Origin: Utricularia gibba
Lineage: Eukaryota; Plantae; Magnoliophyta
DNA length: 64,000 bases
Assembly (NCBI GenBank): GCA_002189035.1
Contig: CM007989.1
Span: 6,696,001-6,760,000 of the forward strand
Reading direction: 5' to 3'
The translations under genes were made by a program, and so were the position numbers. Each line of letters opens with the position of its first letter. The first letter of the stretch is position 1. The notes under the pieces were generated by a model, which saw only the letters and a program-made list of their open reading frames with translations, was not told the origin of the DNA and ran no database searches. Shown here one piece after another: positions 54,357 to 64,000 of this stretch.

Positions 54357-55113
54357 TTTAAACAATACGCACATTCCGATGCGCAGTAAATACTGAACCC
54401 ATTCACTCCTGTTGTAAGTAAAACGAAAGATCAGATTACACATGTTCATCCTTGCAAATTGAAATTCAACCCACTTTGAAACCGGTCAAACTTCAAAAAT
54501 TAGTTTGTTTGGAAATAAACCGAAATTTAAAATAGTATGTTGTATGGTATTTTTAACTAGCGTCAATAAGGTTTTGATTTTTAAGAAATCATATTTGGTA
54601 TCCATTTTTATAAAATCGCTTATATCTCAAAAATTGAATTTAGATAAAAATCAAACACGATGTGAATTATTTTAAAAAATATTTAAATTTAATTAAATCC
54701 TATTTTAATTACATGATTTCATGAATTTAAGAGAGACAATTGGTGGTGGGATATGCTTAATTTATTTTTCTTCATAATTGCTCTTGAAATATTTTTTATT
54801 AGTATAATTTATTCCAAAATTTTTTAATATATCTATACATATTTACTTTAAAAGTAATTTTATTTTGTTCCTCTCCCGCATTTTTAGAAAAAAAATTAAG
54901 AAGAAAATAACAATTTTTTTGTTTATTGTAAAGGCCCATGTACTATTGTAGGGCCCACCTCACCGTTGGCTCGCTCCGCAACGGGCCCGTTCCATGGACC
55001 CTGGACCGTTGGGCCTAGTCCACAAAATGTGAAGAAAATTTCGGCTGTTTTCCCGGTTCATCTTCTTCTGAGGGAGGAAGCGTTTCTGCCTGGGTTTCCA
55101 GAACAATTCGGCG

Positions 55114-55438
55114 ATGGAGAGAAAGCAGCAGCGATCGCAGGTAGTGTTATCGCACAAGCTATTCCTTTTGGAGCAAATTGATGTTCACGATATAGAGGAA
55201 GTTCGCCTTCGAGATTTGGCTTTGGATTGATTGCATCTGCGACAATGGTGCGGTGCTTTTTCTACATTTCGGATCAAGACTTCTCTTTAATTTTTGGAAT
55301 CCGGTTGTCGCTCTTGTGTTACAGATATGGCGCCGTCATGCGAAACCTTGTTGGCGAACAAGCTCGATTTGGATCAGAAGGCGCTTGATGAAATGCGGGC
55401 GAAGATACGCCGAGTGGAGGAATCTTGAGGAGCAATGA
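55114..55438 (+). other. Candidate spliced small-ORF gene or ncRNA upstream of ABC1K
   Basis: Site II elements at ~54933-55013, ATG 55114, donors at 55141 and 55248/55253, acceptor at 55324. ORF 55327-55428 reads MAPSCETLLANKLDLDQKALDEMRAKIRRVEES*. Confidence 0.35.
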
Positions 55439-55999
55439 GCCAACGGTTGGTACGGATCAATATCCTTTATATTATTTATATTTAATATATCTGTATGTGC
55501 TTAAATCGGGAATTTTTCATGAACTATATATAGATAAAAAAAAAAGGGAGATGGATTTTTATTTTTGGATTTTTAATTGAAAAGGAATTTTAAAATATTA
55601 CAAAATAGGTAAGATTTTTAAGCATTCCTTTCGTGGACAAAGTTCAATACCAAGAAGGCAAGAAGAAATGGCATGGTGGAAGATTTTTGTATTTTGTTTT
55701 TTTGGAAAAGAATATATTTTTTAAAAACTAATATATCATCATAAACGTAATCATTGGCTTGAGTTGAATTAACAAGAATCATCACCAGAATTCAGCAGCC
55801 ACAAAGCATGAGTCATATGGAAGATTCTCAACTTATCTCCATCTTTAAGCACTTGGGTATTCTCACTCACGCCGTTCTCGGGCTTGTGCACTGTCGCCGT
55901 GGGCTCCGCTACTTCTGTGGTGAATAGTGATTTCGTGGTGAAGGGTCACTCTGCCATTCAACATCGTTTCTCTGGAATCTTGAAGCGGCTGAGGCAAGC

Positions 56000-58744
56000 A
56001 TGCTTCCTCTGGATTTCGAACAGCTTCAGGAAAAGATTTCCACAAGTTTCGGGCCATGGCAGCGTTCCTTTCGCTTCTGGGTTCGAGTTGTGGATATCTA
56101 TTCGGGATACAAGGTGCGACTTTTGTGGGAGATTCCTGAACTAAGGAAAAGGACAAAGAAAGTTTCAATCTTCGGTGATTTTTGTTGTTTAGGTGTTTCA
56201 ACTCAGAGTCAATTTTGAAAAAGATGTTGAGAAAAGGAACGCAATGTGGGAGAAGCAGCATGAACTTGCTGCCGATAAGATTTATAATATGTGCAGCGAC
56301 TTAGGCGGGTTCTTCTTGAAGGTATTGTTTCTTGTATACTTCATAGGTAACTCCATTATTTTAGCTGCATGCGTGATTGAAGGTGATGGTGGATACTTTT
56401 GTCTTCTTGGTTCATTAAATTCTGTTCAGAGAATTAGTAACATTGGGTTCTGGTATGTAGGTGGCGCAAGTCATTGGTAAGCCAGATTTGGCTCCAGCTG
56501 CTTGGGTAAGAAGGTTGGTCACATTGTGTGATCAGGCTCCAGCCACACCATTTCCCATTGCAAAGGAGGTGCTGGAGAAGGAATTGGGCCGGAGTGTCGA
56601 TGAAATTTTTGAAAGATTTGATGTTATTCCTCTAGGTTCAGCTTCAATTGCACAGGTAGCATTCCGTAAATTAATTTTTCAACAGGAATTTCTCTCTGTT
56701 CTGTCATGTTGCTGTGAGCACCTGCCCTTTTTAAGTTCCCTGCAATTGTTTTCCTACATCTTATTTAAGTATATACCTTTATATGTAAATAGGTGCATAG
56801 AGCTCGACTAAAAGGTGGTAAGAACGACGTTGTTGTGAAGGTAGTGGAACTTCTCCTTTGAATAAATGGTCATTACTTTTGCTTCAAGTTTGAATCTATA
56901 TTATCGTAGATTCAACACCCCGGAGTTCAAGATCTGATGATGACTGATATCCGCAACTTGCAAGCTTTTGCCTTGTACATGCAGAAGACAGATATAAAGT
57001 TTGATCTGTATTCTGTCACAAAGGAAATGGAGAAACAGGTAACCGAACTTGTTTACGGTCAGTTAGCATGTCTTGCTTGTTTTTATGCCTTCATTTTGCT
57101 TGTTGCCCCGTTTATAGGTTATGCCATCTATTGTACTCATGAGTGATTCTTGTCTTATTTTGCCTCCTAAGATTGGGTATGAATTCAATTTCTTGAGGGA
57201 AGCTGATGCAATGGACAAAATTCGTCGTTTCTTGTATGAAAATAACAAGAAGTCTCCGGTTATTGTTCCAAGGCCAATACCCAACTTAGTCACAAGGTAT
57301 TCTTGCTTTTATGTTGTGAGGACTAAAATATTATTCTGGGACAAGATTGATAGAGCTGAGTCCAGCATGTTCTGGAAACCTCTAGTATCTAACATATGTT
57401 AGCATTGTGGCTTCTTTCTCAGTTATTTTTCAGTTTTGTTCAATTCTGAAGTGTTCATGCACATTTATTCCCATTTCCAGGAAAGTTTTGGTTATGGAGT
57501 ACATTGACGGAATACCAATTATGACGCTTGGTGATGAGATGGCAAAAAGAGGCATAAACCCTACTGGTAAAGTAGCAGCAATGGCAAAAGAGTAAGCCCT
57601 GAATCACAGTTTACTTGTCCATAAATTTCAAAATATACACATTTTCTCTTCCTGTTTTTTTTTTTTTCTTTCTGAAGCATATCATCTTATCTACAGGAGC
57701 ATCCTTAGAAGTTTGACACTTGCGTATGGGCAAATGATTCTGAAGAGTGGTTTCTTTCATGCAGATCCTCATCCAGGAAATATTTTGATTTGTCGAGGTT
57801 CGGAGGCAAGTTTATTCCTAATGCAATCTTCCATTTTCAAAGACGTTGAGAACATTCATCATTTCATGATTCTTTGAGCACTAAGCGCCCCCTGCATCTG
57901 AATATTTAGGTTGCATTGCTCGACTATGGTCAAGTGAAGGATCTTCCCGAAGATCTGAGGCTGGGATTTGCTAGGCTTGTGATTGCAATCGCGGATAATG
58001 ATCCAATAAAGGCAGCAGAGAGCTACAGGTTCTTGCATCTTCTCGTTCACCTATTCACAGCATGAGTTTTTTTATAAGCCAATCTGAACTCTTGCCCAAG
58101 CCCCCATATCTGAAATTTGGTTCTCGGAATTAGGCAGCTGGGTATCGAAACCTTGAGTAAATGTGAGGATGAGCAGCAGGAATTGCTTAGATTGGCAGCA
58201 ACAATGTTTGATACGATGCTCCCACCGGGGGTCACAATGTTGCAGCCTTTTTCGGAGGAGTCCTCAATCAAGAAAATAGCCGTTCAGGTATCCTTTTTTC
58301 CCTTCTTTTGGGTCTCACTATACACTAAATGGTGATCTGTTCGATCTTTGATATAGACATCATCTTTGCCTCTATTGACATGGTTGAAGATCTCCCCTTT
58401 GATACTCTATTTGCACTCACACACGAAGTGCTGACCAGCTTCATATGATACCATCTCAACAGTCTTTCCCTGAAGAACTCTTTTCAATTCTCCGAACGGT
58501 CCATTTGCTCCGGGGACTGAGTGCTGGCCTCGGAATAAACTATTCTTGTGCCAAGCAGTGGAGACCGTTCGCTCAAGAAGCTCTCAACCGTGCAGGGAGA
58601 CTAACAGGTGACAGTCCTCTCCTCATCCTTACAGAATTAAGTTCTTTGCCTCTTGCTGTATTGACAAAGATACCTTCAACAACAGAAGAGGAGGTTGATA
58701 AAAGTCGAAAAAGGGGGTTTTTCACAAGGATCTTCAGTAGATGA
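56000..58744 (+). CDS. ABC1/AarF atypical protein kinase (ABC1K family)
   Basis: Twelve exons: 56000-56113, 56193-56321, 56461-56655, 56793-56840, 56910-57038, 57172-57296, 57481-57591, 57697-57805, 57910-58028, 58134-58287, 58463-58607, ~58686-58744. Motifs LGGFFLKVAQ, LCDQAP, PLGSASIAQVHRA, VVVKIQHP, LVMEYIDG, GFFHADPHPGN, ALLDYGQV. Confidence 0.92.
57806..57909 (+). other. GC-AG intron in ABC1K
   Basis: Textbook GC donor GAG|GCAAGT. Joins GSE to VALLDYG in frame. Confidence 0.85.
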
Positions 58745-58964
58745 ACTCCTCAATGCCCACAAAGAGAAACAAGACACTAGCAATCTCCACCATTGTTTGT
58801 CTCCTCTCCTCTCTTTGTTTTCTTTTCTGTCATTGAAATACACTTAAGAAAATTCATGCTGCATTCTTTGTGGGATTGTACTTTTACAACAGTTGTGAGT
58901 TTACCACTTGGCAATAAAATATGCTATACTCGATTTTCGCATGCACCATGCGCAACCTGTGTCT

Positions 58965-61083
58965 TTATAGCTTTGCCAGAGAAGCTGAACGTGCGAGAAC
59001 CATCAGTTGCCTCCGCAGGATCTTCCCCGCCGGCGTCTTAGGAATCACATCGATGAACGCCACCCGACGAATCTTCTTATGCGGCGAAACCTTTCCCACA
59101 AAACCGATCAATTTCCAACTGCTGATCCCCATCCAAAAGGTATCTGTTTAGCTGTAGAAGAGTACCTGTTTGGCTATAGAATCCATTACTTGAGCTGCAG
59201 AGACATCCCCGCCGGGCTTCCTCACAATGTAGGCCATGGGTATTTCACCCGCATCCTCATCCGGGTACCTGTAAGGGACCCACAGAGGTAAGTTACTTAG
59301 GCACCACCACCCTACTCCATTTGTGACGGAGGAGGACGCCGGGATCTTACGGGACGACGGCCGCATCCGCCACGCCGGGAATGGATTGGAGCAAGTGCTC
59401 GAGCTCAGCCGGAGGAACCTGCAAATCGGATCAACGATGCAGCATGCTGATGAACAGTAAGACAACCCGTACGAGTAAGCGAACCTGATAGCCTTTGTAT
59501 TTGATCAGCTCCTTCAACCGGTCGACGACGAACAGATACCCCTCGGGGTCGAAGTAGCAGAGGTCTCCGGTCCTCAGCCACCCTTCTGAATCCAGGCTCG
59601 CTTCTGTTGAGGGTGCGGCGGTGAACTTGTACGTTCTACCGGTAAACAAAAATGATGATAGCAGGAAAAAAAAGTGCTGGACCTGTCGCGGTTTCATCCC
59701 CCGCATAGCCTCTCATCACGTTGGGCCCCCGTAGCCACAGCTCGCCGCGCTGTCCCGGCGGCAGGCTGTTCCCCGTCGCCGGATCGACTATCTTGGCTTC
59801 CATGTTCTCCGATAGCCGCCCCGCCGCCCCGTGCCGTCCCGCCTCCTCCAGCTTCACCGTCCGCGTCGCCGCCGCCGTGGTCTCCGTCAGGCCATATCCC
59901 TGTATCTATCTAATCGTTACTACGGAATAACCTACAAACTTTGACTTTCGCAGATTAATTAATTAAGTTGGTGTACAATATTATATTTTAAGATTCTTTT
60001 AATCAAAATTTGTTAATGAGAAATAAAAATTAATTTTATAATAATGTTAAAATTAGCGAGTAAAACCTGATAGATGACGACATGGGGGAATCGTCTAGTG
60101 AACTGGTCGTGAACCTCTTTGCCGAGGGGAGCTCCGCCGCATCCGAGACTGCGTAATGAGCGGAGGTCATACTTTTCCGTCAACTCCGATTTGGCAAGGG
60201 CCACCACAAGAGGCGGGGTCACCGGAATATACGTCACGCTGTGGCGCTCCACCGCCTCCAACATTTTCAGGAAATCGAATTTCTCCATCACAACCAGGCT
60301 ATCTCCGAGAGCCGCCGCCGCCAACAATACCAAGAACCCGTACACGTGGAAAATCGGCAGCGTGAAAAGCGACACCTGGCGGCTGGCCGCATCTGGGCGT
60401 TCCTGATTTATCAGGCTTCGGCTTCGGCACTCCGTCGCAACCACCGCGATCAAATTGCGGTGCGTTATAACGGCGCCTTTCACCTTTCCGGTGGTTCCAG
60501 AGGAGTAAAGAATCGCCGCGACGTCGTTTTGTTCGACTTGGGCGACAGTTTCACGGCCCGAGGCAGGGAGACTAAGCCACGATCGAAATTCCGGTGAATC
60601 GAGGAGGATGGTCGGTGTACCGGAGGGGAGGTTTTTCAAGGTTTCAGCCACAGCGAAGGCGACGGCGGGCTTACAAATCCGAATCTGGTGAGCGATTTCG
60701 GACGGGGAAGACAACGGATTGGAGGGAGAAACGATGACCCCGAGAGAGAGGAGCGCGAAGTAGAGCACGGGGACTTCGAAGGACGGAGGCGAGACGATGA
60801 ACGCAACGTCGTTTTTGGAGAGGACGCGACTCAGTACAGAGGAGAGCGAATCCACCCCACGGAAGAAATCGCGGAAAGAGAAGCCGTCGCCGGATGCAGC
60901 GTCGATGAGGAAAGGGCAAACAGGTGAAAAGCTACGGTGATGCGACACAATGAAGTCAACGACCGAGAGCCGCCGCGAAATAGGCGGCAGGGGGACGCCG
61001 GGGCGGAGCGGGAAGTATCTTCCGCTCAGAGGGCAGTAACCGTTTCTCGGGTCAACGGAGGATCGCGTTCCCTCTTCTGCCAT
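58965..61083 (-). CDS. 4-coumarate--CoA ligase-like acyl-CoA synthetase (4CL-like/OPCL clade) with peroxisomal PTS1
   Basis: Exons 61083-60067, 59899-59683, 59603-59485, 59418-59351, 59268-59166, 59090-58965. AMP-binding [66 protein letters not shown]-terminal AKL*. Confidence 0.94.
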
Positions 61084-61127
61084 AGATTCAATGCAATGCA
61101 AGGGCGTCCACATCACACCTAGAGACC

Positions 61128-61134
61128 AATTTAT
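61128..61134 (-). promoter_or_regulatory. Putative TATA box of the 4CL-like gene
   Basis: TATAAAT on the minus strand about 45-50 nt upstream of ATG 61083. Confidence 0.4.
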
Positions 61135-62185
61135 AATAAAAATAAATAAATAAATACCAGAGAGGCACAGACGACGTCGTATGGTCACCCAAAGAAAAAT
61201 AAAATCAGAGAAGAGGAATCCCATTCAAAAGGAAGTTGGCGGTCGCCTCTTTGGCGGGTTTCAGTGTTCACACTCGGGCAGCGTTCCCATTAGAGTTGGG
61301 CACGGGTACAATTCAGCAACAAGTTACACGTGTAACCCCATGGATTCAATATAAAAAATTATGATTAGATAAATATGAATCAATGAACTTGACGGGGCTG
61401 TGCTATGCATAAGCTGACGGAGGGGAGGATTTGGCAAGTATCGCAAGTAAGTGGGTAAAAGGGACTGGGATATATTTGGGAAGAAAATCGATCCGGATGA
61501 AATTGACTGAAAAAAGATCTTAGAAGAATTCTGGCAATCTGTCACTAAACGATAGTTCGATGAGTGTCAAACTTGAACTGCGGCTATCATTTTAACAGTC
61601 TTAAAAGTAATCAAATTACAGAAATATCAATACTTAAAAAATTTAAAATTCAATTAGATCAATCTCTTCTATAAATATAAGTAAATTCGAAGAATAAAAT
61701 GTTAAACTCTCTAGATCCCTCTTGTAAACCTTCCTCCTCTCTTTCTCTAGTGAAATCAATTTTCCAATGAATTTCGCCAATTTTATGATTTTTTCATTTC
61801 GGTATTTTTCACATAAAAATCTCTATCTATTTTTGTTTTTATCGTACATACACTGTACCACAAACCCCAAATCATGCAAACCTGATCTGAATAAATTGGT
61901 TTTACCACTTGAGAATCAATAGCCTTCCACAAACTGATTTTCTACCACAATAGTATTAATATACTAGATTCATTCCGAGTCATAAGTTGACTCGAATAAT
62001 TACACAACTCAGTCGAGTTCAGCCCTAGGCGTGCATTATAAATCCATCCTATATTCATTTTTTAGGATTACACATAACGTGTCCAACCATTATCAGACCG
62101 GCAGATATACCAATTGACTAATATGAATGGTCGCATCTAGTTCCCACCTTCATAAAAATACATCAATAAATAAATAACAAAAATC

Positions 62186-62226
62186 ACACGTGGGGCAGCA
62201 GTGGGCACCTCCAACCTACCTACGTG
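62186..62226. promoter_or_regulatory. G-box plus AC-element module
   Basis: CACGTG at ~62186-62191, AC-I ACCTACC at 62214-62220, followed directly by TACGTG. Confidence 0.4.
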
Positions 62227-62590
62227 TGAGAACGAAGCAGCGCAGCAGATGGTGTTGTATTACACAACTAACTGTCGTGGGCTTAGGGGAAAAAAAAAAC
62301 ACAAGGAGTTGTCGCAGTCGCGGTATTTAAAGAAACCCTCCCCCCGTAACTGCAAATGATAAGGCGCATGGTCCCGAAGTGGGTGCCCTGCAGTCACGAC
62401 TGGTGACCCGATCCATCCGTCGCACCGCCCGCTGCTGCCCGCCGGTCGACCGGACCACCCCGAGGAGGCCAATTCCGTCATTTCCTCTATTTCATATTAT
62501 TAAAAATGAGTATATAAATGGACTGCATTTGAAGAGTAGAATTGCGGGCACGTAGGTAGCGATTATAGGGATGATAATTTAGTAAATATT

Positions 62591-62811
62591 GAATGTGTTT
62601 TGTACATGAATAATTTTTACTTGAGATAAAATGGGATATATTTAAAATAAGATATATAACAGTATAATTTTATCATAACATTTCTCATCTAATTATTTTA
62701 TTGCATATTCATAGTATAAATTATTTAGAATATAATTTATTTCAACTATCAAAAATCATGTTTTTTTTTTCTATTTAATTATACATTTTATAATTTCTAC
62801 CAAACACACTC
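62591..62811. mobile_element. Candidate MITE (~220 bp, AT-rich)
   Basis: Terminal inverted repeats gaatgtgttttgta and taccaaacacactc (12/14 match), with att flanking both sides. Confidence 0.45.
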
Positions 62812-64000
62812 ATTGTTTATATAAAATACTTTCGTATAAAATCAACATCTAACTAATCTCATTTAGTTTTTGAATAATAAAAGAATAATTATGTCTAATG
62901 TTCAAGTCATGGAAGATAAAAAAGTATACAAAAAAATATAAATTTGGTAATTAATTATATTCGATATGTAAGATTTGGGAAATTGATTTTACCAACATAG
63001 ACGAAATATCAAATTTATATTTAAAAAATTGGGGATGTAATATTATTGAGATTAATTTGTGGGATAATGGGTTTAGATTTTTTTTCTATAACTTTTTGGT
63101 TGGTAAATAAAAATTAAGATGAAATTAGAATTATTTTTAAAATATCATATATAATATATATCTTTCAGTAAAATATATTAATATTACAAGTAAAAAAGGT
63201 GAAATCTATATATAACAGGTAACTGCAACACACTAATATATGGGAAAAGAAAAGAAAATGAAAGTTGTGCATTTTAGTGGCTTTAGAGTTGTAAAAGCAA
63301 CTTTTAAGCATTTTTTATTTTTTGGAGGGGAGGATCATGATGAATATAATGCACTTAGTTAAGTAAATATTCTCTTTCTTTAATGATTGCGCTTTAAATA
63401 AATAAATGACACGCTAATGATGATTAGTGGAGGAAGTAAATGCATTATGATTATGGTGTCTCGCAACCAATTACCTTAATGCCCTCTTTGTCTTGTTTCT
63501 AAATGATGACCAGGGGCATCCCCTTTTTATATTATTTAATGTATAAATTGACTAGCTTTTTATAAATTACAAAATATTTCTCTTTTTTTCCTTTCTAAAA
63601 TATTAGATTTCACGTACGGTCATGCCTGAACCCTTAATTAAAACACTTTTAATATAAAAACTGTAAATAACAAAAAACAGAAAAAAAAAAAGCTTTGTCC
63701 CCATCCTTGTGTCTGCCACCATTTTGGGAACCAGATGGAACTGCCGGTCCGATGGGCTTAAACCGTGAACCGGCCGAAGAAAAGAAAACGGTTCGATTAA
63801 AGCATAACCAATCAAAAGCCATGAAAAACACCGATTTTTATAGTATTTTAGGTTGTCCATTTCTATCATAATTTTCAACTCGTTAGACATTCCTCGCCAT
63901 GTCTGAATAAATAACGCAAATTATGTTGTTATTTTGTGTTATAAAATCAGCATTATTAGTGAGTAAATTGTTATTCTTAAACATGAATTAGAATTAAATT

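Noticed and set aside
55460-55852. ATATCCTTT (AT-AC U12 donor consensus) after the small ORF, with a weak branch point and CAC near 55852
   Set aside because: The same 9-mer occurs on the minus strand in plain intergenic DNA (~11253-11261), so a chance hit is expected. The branch point match is poor.
1-64000. tRNA, rRNA, snRNA, known miRNA, CRISPR or prokaryotic/viral systems
   Set aside because: By eye I found no T-loop/cloverleaf, USE element, conserved miRNA sequence, repeat-spacer array or intronless operon-like block. Infernal/tRNAscan would be needed to exclude ncRNAs fully.

Overview
Compact, intron-rich plant nuclear DNA (probably eudicot; species not determinable from the sequence). 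Thirteen spliced protein-coding genes can be traced by hand. In order: PMT6/7-like SAM methyltransferase (-), class-3 lipase (+), PP1 phosphatase of the TOPP8/9 type (+), HASTY/exportin-5 (-), MON2 (+), FAB1/PIKfyve kinase (-), PPD1 (-), heme-binding DOMON-like protein (+), PIMT (+), PTH2 (-), WOX1/6-like homeobox (-), ABC1K/AarF kinase (+) and peroxisomal 4CL-like ligase (-). AT-rich spacers separate them and carry TE debris (a copia RT remnant, a MITE). I saw no tRNA, rRNA, CRISPR array or prokaryotic-type system, and I cannot support a clearly new biological system. The best leads are: a 27-nt displaced intron with duplicated ACAG ends in the 4CL-like gene; two unannotated spliced-looking units with their own promoters (12.2-13.1 kb facing HASTY, and 54.9-55.4 kb with a small coiled-coil ORF); a U12-type donor in ABC1K; several GC donors; and a GC-rich cis-element island bracketed by inverted repeats. 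At least five 1-bp deletions in short homopolymers break PP1 and MON2, most likely as long-read consensus errors. Exon coordinates were read by eye and family names come from recalled homology, not database searches.
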